A DNA stretch of 64,000 nt from Eubacteriales bacterium. GTDB taxonomy: Bacteria > Bacillota > Clostridia > Oscillospirales > CAG-272. The notes below the pieces were generated by a model, which searched no databases, was not told the DNA's origin, and worked only from the letters and a program-made list of their open reading frames with translations. Below, one piece after another: positions 34,780 through 44,527 of the stretch; the stretch's first letter is position 1; the number at the start of each line of letters is the position of its first letter. Made by a program: the position numbers and the translations under genes. Where the stretch lies: the NCBI GenBank assembly GCA_045540755.1, contig JAZQHV010000073.1, positions 2,434-66,433 on the forward strand. The letters run 5' to 3'.

Positions 34780-35685
34780 TCAAAACAGCGTTGGGAAGAC
34801 AAACAGCGCCTCGCGCACCTCTGCGTAAAGGAGCGGCAATTGCCGATGCGGGAGAGGGTTTTGTCCCTTGCCGCACTCCAGCGTGAAGGCGGGTATACCA
34901 AGCGTGCCGATGCAGTAATCGGCAAGGCCTCCGTAAGCGGCGGCACCCGTGGGCGTTGCAAGCGTGTAGCCTGTGAGTGTTGCAAGCCGTTTTGCGGCAG
35001 GTGTGTCCACGCTACCGTAGATCTCGCGCCCCTGCGTGTGCAGGCTCATCAGCGCCGTCGGATGATTAAAGCGCAAAAAATTGACAAGTGCCCCTGTTTC
35101 AGGCTCACTTTCGGGATGCTCACCCGCAAAGCGGGAGGGTGCCCCGCCCGTGATGCCGAGCTCGGCTTCAATCGGCTTATACATGTCAAAGCCTGCATCA
35201 TAATTGTGGTTAAGGTCCACACCGCGCGCATTTGCCTGCCAGTGTGTAAAATCTTCCGAACCGTTCATCGTGACCAGCCGCGAAAACCAAAGACTGTCCC
35301 GCGGTGCGCCGTGAGCCGCAATGTCGGCACCGTCTACGTTCAGCATCGGCAGGATATATAGCGTGCGCGTGTGGAAAAGATAACCGAGATCCAAGCCGTG
35401 CACGGGCAGTTCCGCCGTATACCGCGCGCACAGCTCGGCGGCAAAGCGTAAAAGCACCGCCGCGGTGATACGTTCGGCACCGTGATGTGCGCCGATATAA
35501 TAGAATTCCTTTTCCCCCTCGCCAAAGCGGAGAAGCGGGATACCTTTTCCCATTACGCTCTCGGTCAGATAGCTAAAGGACAAAAACGGATACCGCTCCA
35601 CAAGACTCCGCACGGACGCAAGCACCGTTTCATGATCCGCGTCGTGCGTAAGCAGTGCGGCAAGCGTATTTTCGGGCACGGTCAT
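34780..35685 (-). CDS. M14-family zinc carboxypeptidase (gamma-D-glutamyl-meso-DAP peptidase-like)
   Basis: Start MTVPENT at 35685 (GAAAGGGGGA RBS). Zn motif [10 protein letters not shown], ...LPMLNVDGA..., ...HTQG. Confidence 0.7.
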   Translation of the reverse strand: MTVPENTLAALLTHDADHETVLASVRSLVERYPFLSFSYLTESVMGKGIPLLRFGEGEKEFYYIGAHHGAERITAAVLLRFAAELCARYTAELPVHGLDLGYLFHTRTLYILPMLNVDGADIAAHGAPRDSLWFSRLVTMNGSEDFTHWQANARGVDLNHNYDAGFDMYKPIEAELGITGGAPSRFAGEHPESEPETGALVNFLRFNHPTALMSLHTQGREIYGSVDTPAAKRLATLTGYTLATPTGAAAYGGLADYCIGTLGIPAFTLECGKGQNPLPHRQLPLLYAEVREALFVFPTLF

Positions 35686-35760
35686 TCCCCCTTTCTTCTC
35701 CAAATATATGCGCTACCATGCTTTCCATGCAAAAAAACAGCGGAAAATTTGCAAATCACC

Positions 35761-35789
35761 TTGACGAAAAGACAAAAATCTGCGAAAAT
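35761..35789 (+). promoter_or_regulatory. sigma-A-type promoter of fhs
   Basis: TTGACG (35761-35766), 17 nt, TGcGAAAAT (35781-35789). Confidence 0.5.
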
Positions 35790-35828
35790 ATCGGTATAGG
35801 TATTTTTTATATATCAAAGGAGAAGAAC

Positions 35829-37502
35829 ATGGCTTATCTTTCGGACATTGAGATCGCACAGCAGTGCGAAATGAAGCCGATCACCGAGATCGCGGCGACC
35901 GCCGGCATCGAGGACAAATACCTCGAGCAATACGGTCGCTATAAAGCCAAGATCGATCTTTCGATCATGGACGAATGCAAAAAAGAAAACGGCAAGCTCG
36001 TGCTGGTGACCGCCATCACCCCCACCCCGGCGGGAGAGGGCAAGACCACCACGACCATCGGCCTTGCAGACGGTCTGCGCCGCATCGGCAAGAACGTTAT
36101 GGTCGCCCTGCGTGAGCCCTCGCTCGGCCCCGTATTCGGCGTCAAGGGCGGCGCGGCAGGCGGCGGCTACGCACAGGTCGTGCCGATGGAGGACATCAAC
36201 CTCCACTTTACAGGCGACTTTCACGCCATCGGTGCCGCAAACAACCTGCTTGCGGCAATGCTCGACAACCACATCCATCAGGGCAACAAGCTCGGCATTG
36301 ACGTGCGCCGCATCACCTGGAAGCGCTGCGTAGACATGAACGACCGCCAGCTCCGCTTTGTCACTGACGGTCTCGGCGGCAAGGTCAACGGCGTGCCGCG
36401 TGAGGACGGCTTTGACATCACCGTTGCTTCCGAGATCATGGCTGTGCTCTGCCTTGCCACCTCGATCACTGACCTCAAAAACCGTCTTGCGAACATTATC
36501 GTCGGCTACACCTTTGACGACAAGCCTGTCCGTTGCGGCGACCTGAATGCGCAGGGTGCCATGACCGCGCTTCTCAAGGACGCGCTCAAGCCGAACCTCG
36601 TACAGACGCTCGAGGGCACGCCCGCACTCGTACACGGCGGTCCTTTTGCAAATATTGCACACGGCTGTAACTCGGTCACGGCAACCAAGCTTGCCATGAA
36701 GCTTGGCGACTACGCCATCACCGAGGCAGGCTTTGGTGCAGACCTTGGTGCAGAAAAGTTCCTCGACATCAAGTGCCGTCTCGCCGACCTGCACCCCTCC
36801 GCAGTCGTAATCGTTGCCACCATTCGTGCGCTCAAGATGCACGGCGGTCTTGCAAAGACTGAGCTTGGTGAAGAGAATCTTGCGGCACTCGAAAAAGGTA
36901 TGCCTAACCTGCTCCGCCACGTTTCCAACATCAAGAACGTATACAAGCTTCCCTCCGTGGTTGCGGTCAACCGTTTCCCCACCGACACCGACGCAGAAGT
37001 CGCGCTGGTTATTGAAAAGTGCAAGGCGCTCGGTGTAAACGTTGTCCTGTCCGACGTATGGGCAAAGGGCGGCGAAGGCGGCATGGCTCTTGCCGAAGAG
37101 GTGGTACGCCTTTGCGAGGAGCCGAACGACTTCTCCTTCTCCTACGAGCTTGACGGCTCCATTGAGGACAAGATCGAAACCCTTGTCAAGCGCGTGTACG
37201 GCGGCGACGGCATCACCGTTCTCCCCGCGGCGAAGAAGCAGATCGACGCACTGACCGCGCTCGGCTATGCCAACCTCCCCATCTGCGTTGCAAAAACGCA
37301 GTATTCCTTCTCGGACGACCCGACCAAGCTCGGCGCTCCCGAAGGCTTTACCGTGACGATCAAGAACGTCAAGATCTCCGCAGGTGCAGGCTTTATCGTT
37401 GTGCTGACCGGCGACATCATGACCATGCCGGGACTGCCCAAGGTGCCCGCCGCTGAAAAGATCGACGTAGACGAAAACGGCAAGATCACGGGCCTGTTCT
37501 AA
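35829..37502 (+). CDS. fhs: formate--tetrahydrofolate ligase
   Basis: Track ORF trimmed to [11 protein letters not shown] (AAGGAG RBS), 557 aa. [17 protein letters not shown]-loop and [19 protein letters not shown] are canonical. Confidence 0.95.
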   Translation: MAYLSDIEIAQQCEMKPITEIAATAGIEDKYLEQYGRYKAKIDLSIMDECKKENGKLVLVTAITPTPAGEGKTTTTIGLADGLRRIGKNVMVALREPSLGPVFGVKGGAAGGGYAQVVPMEDINLHFTGDFHAIGAANNLLAAMLDNHIHQGNKLGIDVRRITWKRCVDMNDRQLRFVTDGLGGKVNGVPREDGFDITVASEIMAVLCLATSITDLKNRLANIIVGYTFDDKPVRCGDLNAQGAMTALLKDALKPNLVQTLEGTPALVHGGPFANIAHGCNSVTATKLAMKLGDYAITEAGFGADLGAEKFLDIKCRLADLHPSAVVIVATIRALKMHGGLAKTELGEENLAALEKGMPNLLRHVSNIKNVYKLPSVVAVNRFPTDTDAEVALVIEKCKALGVNVVLSDVWAKGGEGGMALAEEVVRLCEEPNDFSFSYELDGSIEDKIETLVKRVYGGDGITVLPAAKKQIDALTALGYANLPICVAKTQYSFSDDPTKLGAPEGFTVTIKNVKISAGAGFIVVLTGDIMTMPGLPKVPAAEKIDVDENGKITGLF

Positions 37503-37506
37503 CCGT

Positions 37507-37539
37507 AAAAAAATCTCCGCGAAAGCGGAGATTTTTTTA
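37507..37539. terminator. bidirectional intrinsic terminator
   Basis: AAAAAA-ATCTCCGC-gaaa-GCGGAGAT-TTTTTT between convergent fhs and P1. Confidence 0.85.
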
Positions 37540-40128
37540 TTATAGACATTTTAGCAAATGCAAGACATCCAGTAAAGAAACACCCGTATACTGCTTTCCA
37601 ACATATGCCTTTACAAGCAGGAGCACATCCCGTACAGTAACCTTACCGTCTTGATTGAGATCCACGTATTGCAAACCTGCGAAAGAAGTACCAATCGCCT
37701 TTGCAGCAGACAAAACGAGCTCACCGTTCTTCGCCTCGACAGTATACACATGCTTTCCGGTTGCCGCATCGCTATCTGTATAGTAATATGCGTCCTGTAC
37801 AATTGCAAGCAGGTCGCCATCCCGATACAGAGCATATTCGGTTGCTTCCGCTATAGGATTAAATCGAAGTGCGACATGCTTGGGCTTGGAATCCGCCGCA
37901 AGGACAACGGTATCAAAATCTGCAATTTTTTTAACAAGCGGCATAGCATTTGCCGCAGTGGTATACGCAGTGGTGAGCGATGCGGGGTGTCCGCTGCCGT
38001 CACCGATCGTAACTCCGTTTGCAGTGACATACATCGGCTCGACAAAGGAAAAACGCTTGGAAGAAGTGTCCTCGCCGATGTATCCATGATACGCCACCCA
38101 TGTCTGCCCATCCGCATCCGTGAAATACGAGCCGTGACCGCATCCATTCACCGTGCCGGCATGCAGATCGGCTCTTGCAACCCGCGCAAATACAGGATGA
38201 TAGAGAGTTCCGCGCCCTGCAAACAGATCTTTATAATACCATCTGCTCTCCCATTCGCTATACCACAGGTCATCCTTGATCACACGGTCGGTATTCTTTT
38301 CCCAGTTGTCTGCCTGTAGCGGATCGCCTCCCTTGAAGCGCAGGAACCCAAGTGCATAATCTTCGGTCCAATAACCGCTCCCGGTGTACATGAGATACAC
38401 TTCACCCGTAGGAGCATAGACAGCCGATGCCCCCTCTACGACCTGCGGCCACCACTTGTCCGCTTCCACCGTGCTCTTATAGTATCCTCCCATCTCCCAC
38501 GGTTCGGTGGGGCGGCAGATCTCTACAGGAGTACCTGTGATCGTCCAAGGATTCTCAAACTCGGTAATATTGATCGTCTGATGGAACTCTGCGGTACCCC
38601 TTCCCTTTTCACTGACAAAGGTGAGATAGGTCTTGCCGCCGATACGAATGACCGAGGTACCGCCGCAAAGCTCGTTTTCGTTGTAACCGCCATTTGTAAA
38701 GGTCATTTTGCGCAGAACATTGACCTCGCCTGTAACGGGATCGCCCCAGCGTCCGAGCAGATCGTCTCCGTCCAAACACTTTGCAACATACTGGCGTTGA
38801 TTTGCCGTAGTACCGTCATCATAGGCAACAAACATATACCATCCGGCATTTTCCGCGCCGATCTCCTCTGCCGTAAAATACCAGATCTCCGGCGACCAAA
38901 GGTTCTCTCCAACTACAGGTGTAAGGATAACATGCGCCTGTGCCGTTTGTATATCCGCAATATTCGCCGCACAGATCAGGCTCACCGTTTTGTCACCGGT
39001 GCTGGTATAATAATAATAGCCATCGTGACAGAACACAAACGGATCGGCATTGTTGCGGCGAAGATAGTTGGTAAATGTGATCTCGCCCGACTCTGCTGCA
39101 TAAAGGTCAACATCTTCAGCATAGCAAAGAGAGGAGGTCATATCCCCCGCAAGGTCTGCGCTACCGGAAAGATCGGTCAGATGCATAAACTCGCCGCCGT
39201 TGACCGTCAGTGTATAGGTGCCGTTATGCACACCGACCGCGTCGAAAGCGACCGAGAGCATACCGTGGATCGTACCACCGTTGACGGTAATCGCCGCATC
39301 ACCCTCGTAAGTATCCGTATCCGAAAGGAAGGAGGTCAGCGCAATACCGCCGTAAAAGGTGCCACCGTTGATGACCGCAGTTATGTCGCCGCTATGGGAG
39401 TTGTTTGGGAAGGACAGATTGCCGCCGGCATCTTTTCCGATCGGCGCACAGCTTGCTAAAATCAGTTTTTCCATAAAGATGCCGCCATCCACCGTGAGTG
39501 CAATGTCATATCCGGTACTGCCGCCCCGGTTGGCACCGCCGCGAACACGCTGCCAAGTGCCGCTCTGTATATGGATCTTCGCACGCACATCAGTATAGAC
39601 TGCGCTGGAGCCTCCGATCACGGAAAGATATGTATGGCATCCTTCAGCGCGAGCCGAGATGATCCCCTCCCCCAAGGACAGGTCATGCGCACGGCCGAAA
39701 ATACCATAATACGGCGTTGCGTTGGTCGCGGAAGCGACCTGACAAAGCGTGATATGGTTAAACGCAGTCGTGCCGCCACAATAGAAGTTTGCCTTGAACT
39801 GCAACGATGCCGAATCGCTCTTTGCATAGTCCACACCGTTATATAAGGATGTGATCGTGATCGCTCCTTGGTGTGCAGGCGCTACAAATTGCGTTTCAAT
39901 GGTGTAAACATCGCTGACAACGATCGTACCGCCATCCGCACCGAGTGCGTTAAAGGCATCTGTCATGCTGCCGAGCGGAGCCGAAGGCGAAGCACCGTCA
40001 CCGCTGCCGCCGTCTGCGAGGTAAACAACATTCTCCGCAGCAAAAGCATACACGCCGAGCGCGGTCATAAGTACCAAGCATAAAACCCCAAAAAATATAT
40101 TTTTGAAAATTTGATGTTTCGGCGTCAT
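37540..40128 (-). CDS. P1: secreted protein with one beta-helix-like module, a GH43-like catalytic core, an Ig/FN3-like domain and a one-loop dockerin-like tag (862 aa)
   Basis: GGAGGAAG RBS, signal peptide ...GVYAFAAE. Module cap VVYLADGGSGDGASPSAPLGSMTDAFNALGADGGTIVV and ITITSLYNGVDY. GH43 motifs NNADPFVF, LWSPEIWYF, QVVEGASAVY, NGCGHGSYF (about 37984-39066). Confidence 0.75.
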   Translation of the reverse strand: MTPKHQIFKNIFFGVLCLVLMTALGVYAFAAENVVYLADGGSGDGASPSAPLGSMTDAFNALGADGGTIVVSDVYTIETQFVAPAHQGAITITSLYNGVDYAKSDSASLQFKANFYCGGTTAFNHITLCQVASATNATPYYGIFGRAHDLSLGEGIISARAEGCHTYLSVIGGSSAVYTDVRAKIHIQSGTWQRVRGGANRGGSTGYDIALTVDGGIFMEKLILASCAPIGKDAGGNLSFPNNSHSGDITAVINGGTFYGGIALTSFLSDTDTYEGDAAITVNGGTIHGMLSVAFDAVGVHNGTYTLTVNGGEFMHLTDLSGSADLAGDMTSSLCYAEDVDLYAAESGEITFTNYLRRNNADPFVFCHDGYYYYTSTGDKTVSLICAANIADIQTAQAHVILTPVVGENLWSPEIWYFTAEEIGAENAGWYMFVAYDDGTTANQRQYVAKCLDGDDLLGRWGDPVTGEVNVLRKMTFTNGGYNENELCGGTSVIRIGGKTYLTFVSEKGRGTAEFHQTINITEFENPWTITGTPVEICRPTEPWEMGGYYKSTVEADKWWPQVVEGASAVYAPTGEVYLMYTGSGYWTEDYALGFLRFKGGDPLQADNWEKNTDRVIKDDLWYSEWESRWYYKDLFAGRGTLYHPVFARVARADLHAGTVNGCGHGSYFTDADGQTWVAYHGYIGEDTSSKRFSFVEPMYVTANGVTIGDGSGHPASLTTAYTTAANAMPLVKKIADFDTVVLAADSKPKHVALRFNPIAEATEYALYRDGDLLAIVQDAYYYTDSDAATGKHVYTVEAKNGELVLSAAKAIGTSFAGLQYVDLNQDGKVTVRDVLLLVKAYVGKQYTGVSLLDVLHLLKCL
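37543..37665 (-). other. one-loop dockerin-like C-terminal tag of P1
   Basis: VDLNQDGKVTVRDVLLLVKAYVGKQYTGVSLLDVLHLLKCL. Confidence 0.45.
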
Positions 40129-40156
40129 GGAACTTCCTCCAATACCAATTTTCTTT

Positions 40157-40185
40157 ATTCTACCATATTAAGGGATATATGGCAA
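40157..40185 (-). promoter_or_regulatory. promoter of P1
   Basis: Minus strand: TTGCCA, 17 nt, TGgTAGAAT. Confidence 0.5.
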
Positions 40186-40200
40186 TACCGAAACATTTTG

Positions 40201-40256
40201 CAAAAAACAGATCCTCCGCTTTTACCAAAAAGGAAAAAGCGGAGGATCTGTTTTTG
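40201..40256 (-). terminator. intrinsic terminator of P2 (16-bp stem)
   Basis: ACAGATCCTCCGCTTT...AAAGCGGAGGATCTGT, with a T-run on the minus strand (complement of caaaaaa at 40201-40207). Confidence 0.8.
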
Positions 40257-40265
40257 TAATGATTT

Positions 40266-43200
40266 TTACTTGGTCAACGTTGCTGTCGAAGTTGCGCCGT
40301 CCCACGCCACCTCGGCACCGAGATTCTCGGCAACAAAGCGCACGGGGAGATAGGTGCGGCTGTTCTCGATAAACGCAGGAGAGTCCAGCGTGACCTCCGC
40401 GCCATTGATCTTTGCCGTGGTCGCACCGATCTTAATTTCCAGTTTGGTGGTCGCTGTGGTCACAGTCACCGTGCTTGTCGCGCCGTCCCAACCAACGGTT
40501 GCGCCGAGATTCTCGGCAACAAAACGCACGGGAAGCATGGTGCGACTGTTGCGGATGATGGGTGCGGCATCCAACGGCTTTACACTGCCGTTGACCAGCC
40601 CCTCCATCTTGCCGATGGTGAGCTTGACGACCGTTTTATTGCTCGGCACCGTCTTGGTCTCGGTAAAGTTTCCGATTCGCTTGCCAAGCGGAAGCGGATT
40701 GACGCTCGCCGTCCAAACGGTTTCAACAGGCGCGGGCTTTCCGCTGCCGTTTCCGACCGTAATGCCGTTTTTATCGGCCGTAAACGGCTCGATAAAGGTG
40801 TATCGGGTGCCGCCTGCCGTTGTACCGAGGTAAGCATGGTATACAACGTAGCTCTTCCCTGCCGTATCGGTAAAGAAGGAGGCGTGACCGCAACCGTTGA
40901 CCGTATCCGATTTGGACAGATACGGCGCGGTCAGTTTTTCCCAAGAGGTGATATCCTTTGGCTCGCCGCCCTTGTAGCGGAGCGCGCCGAGGCTGTAGAG
41001 CGTCGTCCAGTAGCCGCTGCCCGAATACGCGATATACACCGTGCCGTCGGGAGCGTAGATGGCAAACGGGCCCTCTACGACCTGCGGATACGTCTTATTC
41101 GCACCGCCCTTTTCCCAATCATACTCGGGAACACAGATATCGGAAGCCCCCGTAAAGGTCCACGGATTCTCAATATCCGCAATCACAAGCGACTGATAGA
41201 ACTTAACGTTATCTGTGTCCGAAGTCTCCCTGCCATATGTGGTAAAGCAGAGGAAATACTTCTTGCCGCCGATCGTAATAAAGCTTGCATCCGCGGTGCA
41301 ATCCTTGGTGTTGATAGTCGTGCCGGGGAATTCGACCTTTTGCGGTACGTTGACCTCGCCCGTCAGGGGATGTCCCCATCTGCCCATCAGATCGTCACCG
41401 TCCAGGCACTTCAGCACGTGGAGGAACTGCTTTTCGGTATTGGACATGCCTTCAGGGCTACCGCCGACGTAGAGATACCATCCCGCATGCTCCGCACCAA
41501 CGTCCTTTTCGGAGAGATAATGGATCTCGGGTGCCCAGAGCGAGGAGGAGAACTCCTGCCCGTCGGCGGGATCGTAGATGGTTGCCGCAAGGCAGTTGTC
41601 AAGATCGGCAAAGTTGGCAGTCTTCAGCAAACGCACGTTGTTGCCGCTTGTGGACATATAGTAGTACCAGCCGTCCTGCTCGTTATAGAAGAGGAAGGGG
41701 TCTGCGCCCGCGCGCAAATAATTTTGATAGGTATAGGTACCCGTGAGCGCAGCATCGAGATCGACGGCCTCGCTGACGTTCAGCCGAGTCACAAGGCTGT
41801 CGCCCTCGCGCGTATCACCGCTGATATCGACGAGATGCGAGAAGTCGCCGCCCTGAATATTGACGGTAAAGGTACCGTTTACAGTGCCTACGTTGTTCTG
41901 GCGCGGACGGATCCAGCGGCATACCGTGCCGCCGTTCAGCTCCACGACAAAATCTGCCGTAGCGGCGTTGCCGTCCTTTTCATAACCGACGGCAACGATG
42001 CCCATATCGAACGTACCGCCGTTGACAACGACCTTCAGCGTACCGCCGTCGTGGTTACCCGCAGAGGCGAGCATGAAATGGTCGCGGATACGGCCGCCGT
42101 TTACGGTCATCGTCACACTTGCGTTCTTCGGCGTATTCGAGGAGTTGCCGAGGCGGATACGCTGCCAGTCACCGCCGTTCAAAACGATATTGCAGGAAAC
42201 GTTTTCGACCGCCTCCCACGTACCGCCGAGCAGGCAAGGCAACGTTATGCCCGCATTTGCCGAGCAACGGACATCCGCGCCAATCGTCAGATCATTGTAT
42301 GCGGCGAAAATGCCGTTATAGTTCGCCTTGCAAACGAGGTGGATGCCGTCGATCACGGTCGTACCGCCGAGATAGGTGTTGCGCGGGATACCGAGATAAG
42401 CGTCTGCCGTTTCGCGGTAGTCCACGCCGTCATATACGCTGGTAATGGTGATCTCGCCCTTATGCTTCGGTGCAAGAAAGCCCGAGCCTGTGTGCGAGAA
42501 CACGGGGACGTCGTAAGGCGAGCAAATGACGATGGTACCGTCATTGTCGCCGATTGCCTGATATGCCTCGGCAAGACTGCCGCCTGCGGCGCTGTAGCTG
42601 GTGCCGTTGCCCGTGCCGCCTGCGCGCACAAAGTAGACCTTATGCGTATCTACGGCAAAGAGCGATGCCGCATCGCCGAGCGAAGCAAGGGTGAACTTGG
42701 TTTCCTCCATGCGAAGCGTGCCGCGGACGTTGTCGCCCTGCACGGTATACTTGCCGACTTTGCCGTCGAAAAGACCGAGCGCAAGTTCCTTGGTGACACC
42801 GCAAAATACGATCTCGCCGATCTCGCCGCCGTTGACGGCGATCTCTGCCGTGCCGACCGAGGTCTCGGCGGTGCGCACGGTACCGACCGTACCCGACATC
42901 ATCTCCAGACGGAAGGCATCGCCGCCGCCCGTGATGCTGTCGACCTTGGCGCCGTCGATATATACGTTACCTGCCGCAGTAATACTGTTATAACTGCCGC
43001 GATAAAGCTCTGCCGAACCGACGATGTCAAAACGGGAGTTGATATTTGCCTTTTCAGAGGCAATAAAGCAACCCTTTTCCGCATGCAAAGCGGCATTGCC
43101 GTTTACAGTAATGGAAAACTCGGTGGGTCCCGCAAGGGTGTATTTATCCTGCAACGTCAGTTTGGAATTGGCGTTTTCTGCACGGAGGAGGATCCTGTTC

Positions 43201-44402
43201 TCATGCGCGGGTTCGACGAAATCGGTCAGCGTGACCGTGCCCTGCACGATAATAACGCCATTGGTGTCCGCGGCGGTCTGCATCGCATCCTTGAAGGAAG
43301 CAGGCGTGGAAGCGGTCATGCCGTCGCCGTGTGCGCCCGCCTTGGTATAGATATAGGTGACATTTTCAGTCTCTGTAAAACCGATGCCAAACGCCGTGAT
43401 CTGCTCGGGGGTGTAGAAGCGCGCATCGTAATAAAGCGTGTCGGGTTTGTTTGCCTTGGTCGCCATTTTTTCAAGGTCGGCGGTCTGATAGCCAATATCC
43501 ATCGAACCGATCTTTGTACCCTGCATATAGACCTTGGCGGAGCCAATGACGTTGTTGACGTGTACCGCACCAACCTCGCCGCCTGTGAGATACACGGTGG
43601 CATCCTTCTCCAGTCGGCGGGTAACGTCACCGCCTGTGTAGAGCGTGCCGATCTTGCCGCCCGTAACGTTGATAACGGCGCTGTCGCTGATCTGGTTCAC
43701 TGCCGATGCACCGTAGAGCACGTCGATCTCACCGCCCAAGATGTCGATATGATGCGTGCCGTAATAGGTCGTTCCTTTCTGACCGTCGCCCATCTGGCGA
43801 GTGCCGCCGATCACGCGTGCAAAGCTGCCGCTTTGAATCGTGATGTGCGAATCCAGCGAGGTATCTGCCGTATCCGCCGGGCTCTGCCAGCCGCCGACAA
43901 GATAGATACCGGCACCACCCGTGGTAAGCGGCGTATGTACACAGCCCTCGCCAAAGGTGATATGGTTATACTGTGCGACAAAGTTGATCGAATTCGTATA
44001 GGTAAACTCGATATGCTCAAAGGTCGTGTCACCGCGCAGAATGTAGCGTTTGGAATTGCCAAACGCAAACTTTGCACCGTTTGTCTCGGCAAAGTCGGTC
44101 GTATCGTCGCGCGTTGTCACAGTGACGGGGATCTCATGCGGCTGCTCGGTAATACCGTTCGGCAGCGGATACTCGTGTGTGATAACGATCACCACTCTAT
44201 CCGCCGTGGACTCTCTTGCCGCATTGTAGCAGCGTGTCATGGTCTTAAAGGGAGTGGTGGCGCTTCTGCCGTTGTAAGCGTTGTCGTCACCAAGCTCGCC
44301 GTGGAGATAGACGTATTCAACGTCCTCTGCAGCGCCGACTGCAAGCGCAGCGCATGCAAGCAGCATACAGATTACCGTAAAACACAGAAAAAACTTTTTC
44401 AT
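40266..44402 (-). CDS. P2: secreted protein with three beta-helix-like modules, a GH43-like core and 2x Cu-amine-oxidase-N1 (stalk) repeats (1378 aa)
   Basis: Signal peptide MKKFFLCFTVICMLLACAALAVGAAE. Module caps near aa 28, 348 and 588. ITITSVYDGVDY. GH43 motifs GADPFLFY, LWAPEIHY, QVVEGPFAIY, NGCGHASFF (about 40683-41720). Confidence 0.75.
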   Translation of the reverse strand: MKKFFLCFTVICMLLACAALAVGAAEDVEYVYLHGELGDDNAYNGRSATTPFKTMTRCYNAARESTADRVVIVITHEYPLPNGITEQPHEIPVTVTTRDDTTDFAETNGAKFAFGNSKRYILRGDTTFEHIEFTYTNSINFVAQYNHITFGEGCVHTPLTTGGAGIYLVGGWQSPADTADTSLDSHITIQSGSFARVIGGTRQMGDGQKGTTYYGTHHIDILGGEIDVLYGASAVNQISDSAVINVTGGKIGTLYTGGDVTRRLEKDATVYLTGGEVGAVHVNNVIGSAKVYMQGTKIGSMDIGYQTADLEKMATKANKPDTLYYDARFYTPEQITAFGIGFTETENVTYIYTKAGAHGDGMTASTPASFKDAMQTAADTNGVIIVQGTVTLTDFVEPAHENRILLRAENANSKLTLQDKYTLAGPTEFSITVNGNAALHAEKGCFIASEKANINSRFDIVGSAELYRGSYNSITAAGNVYIDGAKVDSITGGGDAFRLEMMSGTVGTVRTAETSVGTAEIAVNGGEIGEIVFCGVTKELALGLFDGKVGKYTVQGDNVRGTLRMEETKFTLASLGDAASLFAVDTHKVYFVRAGGTGNGTSYSAAGGSLAEAYQAIGDNDGTIVICSPYDVPVFSHTGSGFLAPKHKGEITITSVYDGVDYRETADAYLGIPRNTYLGGTTVIDGIHLVCKANYNGIFAAYNDLTIGADVRCSANAGITLPCLLGGTWEAVENVSCNIVLNGGDWQRIRLGNSSNTPKNASVTMTVNGGRIRDHFMLASAGNHDGGTLKVVVNGGTFDMGIVAVGYEKDGNAATADFVVELNGGTVCRWIRPRQNNVGTVNGTFTVNIQGGDFSHLVDISGDTREGDSLVTRLNVSEAVDLDAALTGTYTYQNYLRAGADPFLFYNEQDGWYYYMSTSGNNVRLLKTANFADLDNCLAATIYDPADGQEFSSSLWAPEIHYLSEKDVGAEHAGWYLYVGGSPEGMSNTEKQFLHVLKCLDGDDLMGRWGHPLTGEVNVPQKVEFPGTTINTKDCTADASFITIGGKKYFLCFTTYGRETSDTDNVKFYQSLVIADIENPWTFTGASDICVPEYDWEKGGANKTYPQVVEGPFAIYAPDGTVYIAYSGSGYWTTLYSLGALRYKGGEPKDITSWEKLTAPYLSKSDTVNGCGHASFFTDTAGKSYVVYHAYLGTTAGGTRYTFIEPFTADKNGITVGNGSGKPAPVETVWTASVNPLPLGKRIGNFTETKTVPSNKTVVKLTIGKMEGLVNGSVKPLDAAPIIRNSRTMLPVRFVAENLGATVGWDGATSTVTVTTATTKLEIKIGATTAKINGAEVTLDSPAFIENSRTYLPVRFVAENLGAEVAWDGATSTATLTK
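40269..40631 (-). other. two Cu_amine_oxidN1-like stalk repeats (C-terminus of P2)
   Basis: ...LDAAPIIRNSRTMLPVRFVAENLGATVGWDGATSTVTV... and ...LDSPAFIENSRTYLPVRFVAENLGAEVAWDGATSTATLTK. Confidence 0.65.
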
Positions 44403-44434
44403 GCCGTGCCGTCCTTTGTCAGAATTTAAGTTCT

Positions 44435-44463
44435 ATTTTACAGCGATATAGAAATCTTTACAA
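44435..44463 (-). promoter_or_regulatory. candidate promoter of P2
   Basis: Minus strand: TTGTAA, 17 nt, TAAAAT. Confidence 0.4.
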
Positions 44464-44490
44464 TGTAGAAAACGGATCTTTTGTAAAAAT

Positions 44491-44523
44491 AAGAACAAAA
44501 GAGTGGCATTTCTGCCACTCTTT
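44491..44523 (-). terminator. intrinsic terminator of P3
   Basis: AAAGAGTGGCA-loop-TGCCACTCTTT, followed on the minus strand by TTTTGTTCTT. Confidence 0.75.
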
Positions 44524-44527
44524 GTCT

